Assembly: GCA_032718475.1 (NCBI GenBank)
Contig: JAUCBJ010001523.1
Coordinates: 1-38,850 of the forward strand
Direction of reading: 5' to 3'
DNA from: Nemertoderma westbladi
Taxonomy: Eukaryota; Animalia; Xenacoelomorpha
Length of the DNA stretch: 38,850 bases
Position 1 is the first letter of the stretch. Each line of letters begins with the position of its first letter. Both the position numbers and the translations under genes were made by a program. Below are positions 1 to 11,305 of the stretch, piece after piece. Under the pieces are notes generated by a model. That model was given only the letters and a program-made list of their open reading frames with translations, was not told the origin of the DNA and did no database searches.

Positions 1-172
1 TCAATTCACTAACAGAATTAGATATATGTTCTTGAAAATATTCAAGTGTTCTTGCGTTGTATTTTGAGTTAGGGGTAAATAATTGTTCAAGTAATACAAT
101 AAATGTTCTAGGGTGTTCGGTGTTGATAAAGCCCTTGACAGTCTCACAATAAAGATTAGGTGGCCACAAAGT
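1..172 (-). pseudogene. ATR: Second, partial copy of ATR coding sequence (continues off the left edge)
   Basis: 1-172 matches 3039-3210 (inside the ATR-like ORF) with 4 mismatches. Similarity stops abruptly at 172. Confidence 0.85.
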
Positions 173-241
173 TAGTTAGCTAGTGTTTTTTTTCATTATT
201 GTTTTACCAGTTTATTTTACCAATTTATTTATTAATATCGA

Positions 242-682
242 CTAAATTGCTGGTGTCGGAGAGACGCAGCAAAGTAGACACCTCAGACAATTAAATATAG
301 TTTTCCTGAATGAGTAGTTTGGACGGTTGCCTCCCCTATGAGAACATCTGGACTTACATCGAAAGCTACAAAGGCAGTCAACCTTTGTTAGCACTCCTGT
401 ACCGGTATCTTCGCTACTGACCCCGACTTCGACACTATCCCTTTCTGTTTTCCCGATGTCCCGATGTTTTTTCACCCATTTCAATATTCGATTATACCGA
501 GTTTTATACATATGGGGCCCACAAATATCTTGTAAATAAACATAAAACTCGTCTTCATTTCCATTAAAGTTATTAAATTGATTAACTAGCTGTGACGCAT
601 ATTCGATTTTATTTTTCCCCAGCCGCATTGAGAATTTCCGACCAATCCCGGGAACCTGGATGACCTTATCTGATTTGTACAT
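242..682 (-). CDS. Divergent barrier-to-autointegration factor (BAF/BANF1)-like protein with a Cys-rich C-terminal extension
   Basis: The first ~72 aa (VIQVPGIGRKFSMRL..IEYASQLVNQF..NEDEFYVYLQDICG..ILKW) align almost without gaps to the BAF fold pattern (VGSLAGIG..LGKKL..FDKAYVVLGQF..DEDLFREWLKDTCG..LREW). Intact ATG-to-stop 146-aa ORF. Confidence 0.75.
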   Translation of the reverse strand: MYKSDKVIQVPGIGRKFSMRLGKNKIEYASQLVNQFNNFNGNEDEFYVYLQDICGPHMYKTRYNRILKWVKKHRDIGKTERDSVEVGVSSEDTGTGVLTKVDCLCSFRCKSRCSHRGGNRPNYSFRKTIFNCLRCLLCCVSPTPAI

Positions 683-1564
683 TATGTTAATTGAATGATG
701 ATTGAATGAATTGAAATATACCTACAAAGATGAATAGTTTGTGTACAGTAGGCCTAGTCTTAGCTTCCTTACATTAATATTTTCTTATTAAATTATCCCA
801 AACAAATATAGCCTAGCTATGTAATTATATCCCTACAGTATGCTATGCGAGCTAGCAGTGACCGTAGATGAACCTACACTGGCACTGTCTGGGTGGGAGA
901 CAGTAATTTGTTATAAAACAAATTATCCATAGTTTATGTATAATTTTGTACAGTACCGTAGATGGACTATATTTTTCTCCTTTCTATTCATTCCATTATT
1001 CGATTATATTAAAACAGATAAACAATAGCATTTACAATAAATTAAATAAATCCATTGACCATAGTACCATTTTGTAAAAATATGATAGCTACTGTACACA
1101 ATAGATTTATTGGATAGGAATACCGCTGTTGCCAAACAACTCATAAAATAAATAACACATTCTAGAATTTTGTGTATTTATTAAATGGAATAAATGGCCT
1201 TCAGCGAACAATAATTCTTACAATCTTTGAATGCCTATATCTGAGCTGTTTCTCAATGAAATTCAGATATTCTTACATATTTGGAATCCTTGCAACTAAA
1301 GCTTTTTAATGATATGAAGAAATTACGACTAATCGGAAGAATGGCCACGATACAGAGGGTGCGATTTCGTAAAAGGCACTTTTTTAAACGCTTATAAAAA
1401 AAATTTCAAGACAAAATCGCAAATTCCGACTTCATGGGGTCATCGACGGTGAGTGGAACCAGCTGATACTATGAACTTGTACTTAATTCTTTATACTATT
1501 AGTTTTTTCCCTGTATATTTATTATATATTTTATTTTTACTGATCTTGGGCGGATCAGATAATT

Positions 1565-2505
1565 TTATATAGTAGGATCCGAAACAGGGGCACGGGAAAG
1601 TGCGTCTGGAATCGAATCGATATCGGAAGTGATATCGGAAGTGATATCGGAAGTGATATTGGAAGTGATATTGGAAGTGATATCGGAAGTGATATCAGAA
1701 CTGATATCGGAAGTGATATCGGAAGTGATATCAGAAGTGATATCGGAAGTGATATTGGAAGTGATATCGGAAGTGATATCGGAAGTGATATCGGAAATGA
1801 TATCGGAAGTGATATCAGAAGTGATATCGGAAGTGATATCGGAAGTGATATCAGAAGTGATATCGGAAGTGATATCGGAAGTGATATCGGAAATGATATC
1901 GGAAGTGATATCAGAAGTGATATCGGAAGTGATATCGGAAGTGATATCAGAAGTGATATCGGAAGTGATATCGGAAGTGATATCAGAAGTGATATCGGAA
2001 GGATGGACCCAATCAGTTGGTTGGTTATCCAGAACTGGACAAATAATACCTTGTTCAACCATTTTCTCTAAGCGAGCTTTAGCCCAGTCTCTAATGGCTA
2101 AAGGAAGTTGCCTGGCTGTATGAATAGCATATGGTTGGGCATCATCTTTTAATGAAATGGTCATGGGTGGGCCATTCATTGGACGAAGTTTGTCATCTTG
2201 GTCAAAAACATCAGAATAAGCCTTTATGAGTTTCTGCTTAACAGTATCCCATTCTGAAGGCGAAGGTTCATCAGAAAGATGGAAGTCAACCTTGAATGAT
2301 GTTGTTGGAATTGAGTTTTTAATACCAATTGGTGACATATTAGAAGAATTAGAAGAAGCAACAGACTGAATTTCTGCAACTGGTTCTGGATATGAACTTG
2401 AAATAATTCCTAGGTTTTGACAAGTATACCATGCCAAAAGAATTCCATTGACTTCTTCACAAATGCAGATAAGCTCATCAGTTGAATATTCACCATAGGA
2501 AATGC
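1565..2505 (-). pseudogene. Ty3/Gypsy pol relic: protease C-terminus and RT N-terminus, then a repeat, then the RNase H C-terminus
   Basis: Motifs LLAWYTCQNLGII; YSDVFD..LRPMNGPPMTISLKDDAQPYAIHTARQLP..LEKMVEQGIICPV..PTDWVHP; and, after the repeat, IPDALSRAPV (the ADALSR motif). No YxDD is present. Confidence 0.85.
1618..2000. repeat. 12-bp tandem repeat (GTGATATCGGAA)n, ~32 units
   Basis: Directly visible; translates as (SDIT)n, (ISLP)n or (ISEV)n in different frames. Confidence 0.97.
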
Positions 2506-4299
2506 AGCACCAACTACCCTTGAGTCTTTCACAGATAGACAACATATTGCACATTTAAAAATCCACTTACTATGTCGTTTTTTTGAGATAGCCATAAGTG
2601 CTTTTAAACATTTAACCTGAAGTTCAATGTCAATGTCTTGAATTTGATCAACATTACAAATGTAATTTAAGTAGGTAGATGCCTGGTTACCAAACTGATG
2701 GTCTGAAGGTCTTTCATCTTTAGGAAACAACTGAGATGAAAGAATAACAACAACGAAATCATTAATTTTATCATGTATATCGGGTAGATTGATGGACCAT
2801 AATATTGCAACATATACTGCACTTTCATAAACGACAACCACCTGTGAGGAATACTGAAGCAACATGTGCCAGTACAAATCACATATTATATAAATGTCTT
2901 CTTTGGAGAGAAAATTTGAAGAAACTGGGACTGCCAGTTCCTTTGGTGTGAAAATGTAGACAATTACTTCTATGAATTGTAGCAATAATGAATCGCAGCT
3001 TGAGTTTAACTTCTGACAAATTAAATGTAATTTAGACTTCAATCCACTAACAGAATTAGATATATGTTCTTGAAAATATTCAAGTGTTCTTGCATTGTAT
3101 TTTGAGTTAGGGGTAAATAATTGTTCAAGTAATACAATAAATGTTCTAGGGTGTTCGGTGTTGATAAAGCTCTTGACAGTCTCACAATAGAGATTAGGTG
3201 GCCACAAAGTAACCGGATTTTTATCTATACAGCTTGTCATAATGGAACATAAAGCTTCTAGAATCACAGGAAGTTGACAATGTGAAAGTTTAGGAAAGAG
3301 AATATTATAATCAAAGCCATCAAGGAAATGCAAAATGTATTTGTGATTCAATGAAACGCGTTTGGTCAGAAACTCTCCTATTACAATATCCAAACTTTTC
3401 AATGCGCTTGAGCTGCAACTTAAAATGAGTGTCGAATTGGAACAGACTAATTCTAGAAAATTCCCGATGCAACTTGAGGCGTGAAATTCAGCAATCTCAT
3501 CCATGGTATAACCTTCATCCACTAAACGATTAATACAAGCAAGAGACTTTGATTTAATATCAGGGATCCCCATCTCAAACGAATACAACAAAATATTCCA
3601 CATATCTGTAAAATGCTCCGAACACAAACAAGCAAAATTATCCATATTAATTTCAATCACTGGGAATAAAGAGCGCAGAAGCAAAAAGCTCTGGTCTAAG
3701 CTCACAATTGAAATTGTTGTGTTTGGACACGCCAACTGAACTTCCATTTCCTCAGTAACGCAAAACTGACTGATATAAAATTGATTAAATTGCAGCTGGT
3801 CCCCTGATGATATGCCAAACCCTGATATCACACATTCAACAATAATTTTATAAATATCAATTAAAAATCTGGAATAATAATCCACATTCTTTGATTGCAG
3901 TAGATAAATAATACTCAACATTGTCTCCTTGCATTTCTCATGAAGAATCCAACATCGATTATCAACCAAAATAGTTAGAAGTCGGTACATAATCCACTTG
4001 AGGAAGCCTATTTGTTCACTATGAGGACCGGTTTGTGGATCGGAACGATTATCATCAAAACTACTGAGAAATATTGATGGATATTTGCTGATTAGAAATA
4101 TTGTGAATTTAAAAGGAAATAGGTACCGCTGTGCAGCTGCATCACTTTCGGATAATTTACATGCGACTTTATCTAAATCTTGCAGTAAATTTACATAATA
4201 AGATGAAAGCAAATAGCGTATCTGCAAACATTTTTCTTCTATTACATCTTTGGAATCCGTATCCCAATTAACATTTTTCATAGCTTTCTGGAGATCCAT
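2410..4299 (-). CDS. ATR: Truncated ATR (N-terminal HEAT region only, intronless, no kinase domain); probably a pseudogene or chimeric copy
   Basis: NLLQDLDKVACKL, ISKYPSIF, IGFLKWIMYRLLTI..CWILHEKCKETMLSIIYLLQSK and MWNILLYSFEMGIPDIKSKSL match the vertebrate ATR N-terminus (RILTDVNVVAVEL, MKSSPLMF, IEFSNWIITRLLRI..CHLLHKKICEVICSLLFLFKSK, LWQIGCVLLEYGSPKIKSLAI). Homology ends near 2500 where Gypsy sequence begins. Confidence 0.85.
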   Translation of the reverse strand: MDLQKAMKNVNWDTDSKDVIEEKCLQIRYLLSSYYVNLLQDLDKVACKLSESDAAAQRYLFPFKFTIFLISKYPSIFLSSFDDNRSDPQTGPHSEQIGFLKWIMYRLLTILVDNRCWILHEKCKETMLSIIYLLQSKNVDYYSRFLIDIYKIIVECVISGFGISSGDQLQFNQFYISQFCVTEEMEVQLACPNTTISIVSLDQSFLLLRSLFPVIEINMDNFACLCSEHFTDMWNILLYSFEMGIPDIKSKSLACINRLVDEGYTMDEIAEFHASSCIGNFLELVCSNSTLILSCSSSALKSLDIVIGEFLTKRVSLNHKYILHFLDGFDYNILFPKLSHCQLPVILEALCSIMTSCIDKNPVTLWPPNLYCETVKSFINTEHPRTFIVLLEQLFTPNSKYNARTLEYFQEHISNSVSGLKSKLHLICQKLNSSCDSLLLQFIEVIVYIFTPKELAVPVSSNFLSKEDIYIICDLYWHMLLQYSSQVVVVYESAVYVAILWSINLPDIHDKINDFVVVILSSQLFPKDERPSDHQFGNQASTYLNYICNVDQIQDIDIELQVKCLKALMAISKKRHSKWIFKCAICCLSVKDSRVVGAAFPMVNIQLMSLSAFVKKSMEFFWHGILVKT

Positions 4300-4555
4300 T
4301 ATAAATGTATTACTGTATAGTCACTAGTCAGATAGTTGTTAAATAATATAATAGCATTGCAAAATAACAATATCAGTACCGGTACGCTTAAATAGCCATT
4401 AAATTTGATCTTATAAATATAATTACATTGAGCCAATGTGAAGTTAACGACATGACAAGGTACTGCCTACCATACTGCCATACAACTGCAATTCAAACAG
4501 TTGGCATGGCCTAACGAAATTTCACTGGAAAAATTAAACATAAAAAACAAACAAT

Positions 4556-5069
4556 GGCCCCCCTCACACGGAGCAACTTGTTTCTGCAACTTGTTTCTGA
4601 AACTTGTTGCTGGACCCCCTCACACACAGAAACTTGTTGCTGCAACTTGTTTCCGAAACTTGTTTCTGTGTGTGAGGACTCCAGCAACAAGTTTCTGCAA
4701 CTTGTTTCCGCAACTTATTTCTGTGTGTGAGGGAGTCCAGCAACAAGTTGCTGGAAGTTATATTCCCAGCAACTTTTTGAAATACTTGTATTACATTCCA
4801 TTTTGATACTAGCTAATATTAGATAATTCGAGTGATGTGATATGATATTATATATAAATTACTGGACATGTTAGCTATTTATTTGGAAATAATTGTTATT
4901 TTCTTCAGCAACAAGTTTCTGTGTGTGAGGGGGTCCAGCAACAAGCTGACAAGTTTCGGAAACAAGTTGCTGAAACAAGTTGCAGCAACAAGTTTCTGTG
5001 TGTGAGGGGGTCCAGCAACAAGTTTCAGAAACAAGTTGCAGAAACAAGTTGCTCCGTGTGAGGGGGGCC
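4556..5069. mobile_element. Palindromic MITE, PIF/Harbinger-like
   Basis: TIRs GGCCCCCCTCACACGGAGCAACTTGTTTCTG.../...CAGAAACAAGTTGCTCCGTGTGAGGGGGGCC (>100 bp), with internal AACTTGTT repeats. Right flank TTAA, left flank CAAT (imperfect TWA-type target). Confidence 0.8.
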
Positions 5070-5389
5070 TTAAGGTCAATTGCTAATTGCATAAATGTGT
5101 ATGACATCAGGACATGGCCCGTGCGTGAGTAACTTAGCAGTAATTTCAGAATGTAGCCTACCAGCCTAGGCTATAGTCAGATAGTTAAATTATTGAGTAG
5201 CACTAGCACTAGATGGAATACAACTTACCGAAACATAAATTAAATTATTCCAATTCGCAATAGGCCTACTCATTTACTCCGGTTCTACAAACCATGTCTG
5301 ATCAAATACAAAGATCGAATGGAAATTACAGCACACGTTAAGACGTCATCCACATAACTGGTATGGTAGATTTACAGAACTTTCACAGA

Positions 5390-7356
5390 CAGTCGGTGAG
5401 AAGTCAAAAATTGGACTTCAAGTCCCATTTTAGACTTCAAGTCCAATATTGGACTCCAAAGTCCAATATTGGACTTTAGTACAACTCCAAGTGTACCCAT
5501 GCTGCCATACTGCAGTAGGCCTACTGTATATCGGTATTTAAATCAAAACTGCATCCCGTATATCAGTACATATATATCAGTATATTTATTACATAATTAC
5601 AATGCAACATTATTTTAACGATTAAATTAATTATTATAAGTATTATAAGCAGGGATCGCACACGTATACAGTCAGACATCAGTAGTTACTTTTTGCGGTA
5701 GTGGCAAGGCAAGTGGTATGGCTTTGCGGTAGCCTTACTGCCTTAGTCTGTTAGTGGTGTATACCGCGGTAGCGGTAGTTGAGTTATAGCTGTATAGTTC
5801 ATTCATACCCATACAGCCATACTACCATACCTGTGGTATTTTCGTATGGCAAAAATAAGACTATACTGTAAACTGTAACCTATTATGTTATTGAGTTAAT
5901 GTTTATTGACTAATTGTTTTGATTAGGTTCACTGTGTCAAGTGCAATGCACACATCTCTGCATCTCCAACCAGACACTATATAACATTGGAGTTGGAGGT
6001 GTCTCATTCAGTCATTGGTTCCCCCAAGCTTGACACTAGAACAAAGCTGCCTCCGCTTTGCAGGACATCGCTTTAAGCCGTGAGGAGCTGAGGACCAGCC
6101 AGTGCAACTCATGGAGTGAATAAGCATGGTGGACAGCCCATGACTTTCTTGAGACGCATCTTTCTTACTGTCTTAAATGACACTGGCCTTGAAGATGCAG
6201 ATGATCTAGCAAATGTCATGGGTGATAAGGCTGTAAGAGTGTAAGGGAGTTGTGGAGGCGCACTTTTGTCAACAAGCCGGCACAGCATTCTTATTTTCTT
6301 AAAAGGGCCTATATATATATAATGCAGCTGCAATGCAGCATGCCGATTATAGTAGTAGTATAGTATGTGGTGAGGTGATAGGGCTCCTTCAATTGGTAAA
6401 GTCAAAAGTGGCCGTTTATTGTTTTAGTTAGAAAAGTCTTCCTCTGTAACCTGTTCCTTTCCTTCAATTGGTTTATGATAATGACGTGTGTTACTTCTTA
6501 CTTCTGTACTTATTATATGGAGACCCCAACACGTTAATCAGTTACTAATCCCCTTTCATCATCCAGCCGTTTTAAAATACCCTTGCTGTTGTATGGAAAA
6601 ATTAGAAGAGATGGTGGTAGCATCAACTTGTAGTATTTCTTTCTGATAGGGCTCCCATAGGTTTAGACGAAATCGTAGCTTGTACTGTAGTTAGCCTTAG
6701 CAGCAGCTGCAGTTGGCAAACCTGGCATTGCTACCAGTTTCCACCAAATATAATTTGTAATTAAATATTTGTTGGAGCATAATCTAATCTAGTCCTAAAG
6801 ACTCTAAAGTCCTGGGTACATAAGGTTGTAAGGTTAGACATAACATGAATGTAAATTGTAAACTAAACAATATGCTAAAAGTAAAGTACAAAGTACGGTA
6901 CCTAGAATGCTAGAATGTACCATTATATTCTAAGTACAGTACACTGAAGATACATACAGAGCTGCAAAGGTAACTTTCCATAACTTAATACAGTAGTAGC
7001 TGTCTGGCTGTCTCTCATCTGTCAAACTGTCATGCTTCATGTACCTTTAAGTTTGATTCTCAATTTCACGTCCAAAATTGGACTTAAAGTCCAATATTGG
7101 ACTTTTGTAAAAATTCAAAGCCTTATAAAAAAAAGTTCCCCCTGGTGAATTTCAGGTCCCCCTGTTCAAAACTCTTATTTTTTGATATATTTTCGATTAA
7201 AAAAAAAAATCCCGCCCGATCCAATTACCCAAGGCCCTGGAACAATTGGCTGATTTGAAGTCCAATATTGGACTCACAGAAGTCCAATTTTGGACTTGAA
7301 CTGGAGTCGAAGTTCAATTTTGGACTCAAGTCCAATTTTTGACTTCTCACCGACTG
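5390..7356. mobile_element. Non-autonomous DNA transposon A, CAGT termini, 5-bp TSD ACAGA
   Basis: CAGTCGGTGAGAAGTCAAAAATTGGACTT... / ...AAGTCCAATTTTTGACTTCTCACCGACTG, with subterminal GTCCAA/TTGGAC repeats. TSD ACAGA at 5385-5389; the right copy is restored at 15762-15766 once element B is removed. Confidence 0.85.
6040..6290 (+). pseudogene. Degenerate 3' end of an RTE-clade non-LTR retrotransposon
   Basis: Translates with frameshifts as LRFAGH..GVNKHGGQPMTF..LNDTGLEDADDLANVMGDKAV, typical of RTE ORF C-termini. Homologous to 22855-22956. Confidence 0.7.
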
Positions 7357-8496
7357 ACAGTCAGTGATCTATGCCAAAATTGGCAGTTTTCAAAAATGGA
7401 AGTTTTTATTCCAATTTCGGCATTAATTCCAAAATTGGAACTAGTACTGATAGGAACCAGTCAGCCAGTTATTAGATTAATAATGTATTTTTGACAGTTT
7501 GAACTAATCTATTTTCATGCAAATTTATTAGGTCCTATAGTGCATTATATTTCGGTAAACGAACTTAGATCCTGCAGGGCGTGACTTTGACAGTTTGAGG
7601 AACTTATATCAATGCGAACTTGGGTCCTATATATGCGAACATACAGACATAGATCCTATATCTGGCAGTCTTGTTGAACTTAGATCCTAACTAAGTGAAC
7701 TTTGATCCTATCCGGTAGTCCGAGGGAGCTTAGATCCTAACTACTGAACTAGGTGAACTTAGATCCCAAATTTATACAAATTCCTTAGCACACGCTAGAC
7801 TGCTAGAGGAGAGGCGAACTTAGATCCCATTTCATTTTAGTGCTGGCCACGTTCAATTGATATTATAGTATTGTACTGTGTTACATTTTACATTAAGCAT
7901 ATAAAAGTACTTACAGACTTATAATGCAGTAGGGAACATACCCTTAAATAAGCTCCAAAAGTGGGTTCTTATTTAAGGAAAATGGCTCTTATTTAGGGGT
8001 TTTTGGGCCTTTTTTGGATATTTTTTCGATATAATATGCAATAACTTGTTTCAGGAAAAAATACCGCATAATTTTATTTCACAATGTAAAAGTTGGGTCT
8101 TTCTTGAACATAAAGCAAAAAACCAGAAAACATTTCACCGTCCGGTTTTTTTTCTACAAGCGTTTTAAAATTGCATCAAAAATACGACTAGTTCCTAAAT
8201 AAGGGGGATTTTTTAAATTTACCTTATTTAAGATATCGAAATTGTACACATAGAATACTAAAAGTCCCTAAATAAGAACTTTTTGACCTGGGTTTCTTAT
8301 TTAGGAATACAATTGTATTCCAAAATCTGCACATTCCTTAAATAAAATAAATATTCCTTATTCCTTACAGTATGTGTTACACTTCTTTCATAATTCTTTG
8401 ATTTATGTCAGTCTGTATATTGCTAATTGTTGGGTTAAGGATAAGGACAATGGTTGCACTGCACTCTATAAATCCTCTATAGAATATCGTATCATA

Positions 8497-8850
8497 ATGA
8501 AGTTGCTAGCACTGGCATTCTTACCTCACACGGTAGCATAGAATAGCCCATTGATATTCAAAAGAATAGCCCATCGCCCATCTGAGCGCACATACATTGT
8601 CACGTATTTCGATGAAACATGACTCAAGTAACTGGACATCGCCGCACAGTTTCGAAAAACTAACTTGTGTCCTGCATTTCCTCTTCTGCTCCGCGTTACG
8701 CCCCACTGGATTATCCACAATGTTGTACTTGAAAGGTGTGAAAAAAGTGAAAAACCAGATGTCAATGTCATGTCAATAGACACAAAGATGGTTCGGTTGG
8801 GCATGGGCAGCTGATAGACGTTATGAAGGTTAAAGATGATGACTGGATGA
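8497..8850 (+). pseudogene. Mutator/MULE transposase C-terminal relic
   Basis: Fragments MKLLALAFLP, IVTYFDET*(W), PAFP, WIIHNVVLE and VGHG..LIDVMK match the animal MULE transposase pattern LALxFLP..YFxxxW..PxFP..W..H. Stops and frameshifts are present. Confidence 0.65.
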
Positions 8851-9244
8851 CGTTTTGGCTCAACTGGCTCAGGCATGAGTGGGACACGTTCGTGGGACCT
8901 TTGCGCAGCATGAAGTGAGCAAAGCCTTAGCTAGCCCTAGCTGATAGGGGCCCCACCCCATTAACATGATGTCTTTCGTTAGTCAGAGGTCGTTCAACAC
9001 AATACTCGTCTCCTTAATTTGCCTCATTGCGTTCGTTTGTTTTTTACCAAACTTCAGATTATTTCTAATCTTTTGACAGACTACATACATACTAAGTTTC
9101 GTTTAATTTCATCAAGGAATGACCGAGTTATTAGCGATAAAAAATTTACAACGACGACAGACAACTCGTTAATAGCACCCATATGCTAAAGGCTTCGCTC
9201 ACTTGAACGTGGCTCTCCCCCACATTCAATCCGGTTCGACGCAG

Positions 9245-11305
9245 TTTGTTGCTCGTTGTTGCTCATTCAGTCATTGCTGCTCGTTGTGCTTTATTATTTC
9301 TCATTGTTGGTCATTGTTGCTCATTGTTCTCGGTCATTGTTGCTTGTTGGTGCTCATTGTTGCTCGTTAGTTGTACTTTATTATTGCTCGTTGTACTCTA
9401 TTATTGCTCGTTGTTGCTCATTATTGCTCATTGTTACTCATTGTTGCTCGTTGTTGTACTTTATTATTGCTCGTTCAATCGTTGTTCCTCATTGTTGCTC
9501 GTTGTTTCTCATTGTTGTACTTTATTATTGCTCATTGTTGGTCAATATTACTCGTTGTTGCTCGTTCAGTCGTTGTTGCTCATTGTTGCTCGTTGTTGTA
9601 CTTTATTATTGCTCATTGTTGCTCAATATATCTCGTTGTTGCTCAATATAACTCGTTGTTGCTCGTTCAGTCGTTGTTGCTCATTATTGATTGTTGTTTC
9701 TCATTGTTGCTCATTGTTGCTCGTTGTTGTTCTTTATTATTGCTCATTTTTGATCAGTGTTTCTCATTGTTGCTCGTTGTTGCTCAATGTTACTCGTTGT
9801 TATACTTTATTATTGATCAATGTTACTCGTTGTTTTGTTACTCATTGTCATTGTTGCTCATTGTTACTCGTTGTTCCTCATGTCCTAATTATTGGTTGTT
9901 GTTTCTCGTTGTTGTACTTTATTATTGCTCATTGTTGCTCGTTGTTTCTCAATGTTGCTCGGTCCTACGAATTACCCCAAAATACCCCAAAACACACCAA
10001 AATACCCCAAAACACCCCAAAAGACCCCAAAATAGTATAAAACTACCCCAAAATACCCCAAAATAGTTTAGAATTACCCCAAAATACCCCAAAATAGTTT
10101 AGAATTACCCCAAAATACTTTTTTTTCAGCCTTTGTTTTGGAAATTTAATATACCCCAAAATATGGCAAAATGACGAATTACCCCAAAATAATGACGAAT
10201 TACCCCAAAATAATTAAAATTTTTTTCTTCACTCTCGTTTATTGTTTTGGTTAAAAAAACTTGCCACTGTAACCTGCTCCTTTCCCTCGCTGTTAAAAAA
10301 CATGGTTAGCTTATTTTGGGGTATTTTGGGGTTATTTTTTAGCCTTTTTGGGGTATTTTGGGGTAATATTTGACTATTTTGGGGTATTTTGGAGTATTTT
10401 GGGGTATTTTGGGGTGTTTTGGGGTATTTTGGGGTAATTCGTAGGACCCATGTTGCTCGTTGTTGTACTTTATTATTGCTCGTTCAGTCGTTGTTCCTCA
10501 TTGTTGCTCGCTGTTTCTCGTTGTTGCTCAGTGTTGCTCGTTGTTGCTCATTATTACTCATTGTTACTCGTTGTTGTACTTTATTATTGCTCGTTCAGTC
10601 GTTGTTCCTCATTGTTGCTCGCTGTTGCTCATTGTTGCTCGTTGTTGTACTTTATTATTGCTCGGTGTTTCTCATTGTTGCTCGTTGTTGCTCATTGTTG
10701 CTCGTTGTTGCTCGTTCAATCGTTGTTCCTCATTATTGCTCATTGTTGTTCGTTGTTTCTCGCTGTTGCTCGTTGTTGTACTTTATTATTGCTCATTTTT
10801 GCTCGTTGTTGCTCATTATTACTCATTGTTACTCGTTGTTGTACTTTATTATTGCTCGTTCAGTCGTTGTTCCTCATTGTTGCTCGCTGTTGCTCATTGT
10901 TGCTCGTTGTTGTACTTTATTATTGCTCATTGTTGCTCGGTGTTTCTCATTGTTGCTCGTTGTTGCTCATTGTTGCTCGTTCAATCGTTGTTCCTCATTA
11001 TTGCTCATTGTTGTTCGTTGTTTCTCGCTGTTGCTCATTGTTGCTCGTTGTTGTACTTTATTATTGCTCATTTTTGCTCATTGTTGCTCATTGTTGCTCA
11101 ATGTTACTCGTAGTAGTCGTAGTTGCTCATTGTTACTCGTTGTTGCTCATTGTTGCTCGTTCGGTCGTTATTCCTCATCATTGCTCGTTGTTGTACTTTA
11201 TTATTGCTCAATGTTGCTCGTTGTTACTCGTTGTTGCTCGTTGTTTTGTTACTCATTGTTCATTTGTTGCTCGTTGTTGCTTATTGTTGGTCATTGTCGC
11301 TCGTG
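9245..11305. repeat. Minisatellite of ~10-bp units (TTGTTGCTCR) with higher-order variants (TTGTACTTTATTA, CGTTCAGTCG)
   Basis: Directly visible; interrupted by the MITE at 9961-10449. Confidence 0.95.
9961..10449. mobile_element. MULE-type MITE, 9-bp TSD ATGTTGCTC
   Basis: GGTCCTACGAATTACCCCAAAATACCCC... / ...GGGGTATTTTGGGGTAATTCGTAGGACC(C), with internal TACCCCAAAA repeats. ATGTTGCTC at 9952-9960 and 10450-10458. Confidence 0.85.

Noticed and set aside
9970-10440. Telomere-like TTTTGGGG repeats
   Set aside because: The unit is the 10-bp TATTTTGGGG in inverted arms bounded by TIRs and a 9-bp TSD, so these are MITE subterminal repeats.
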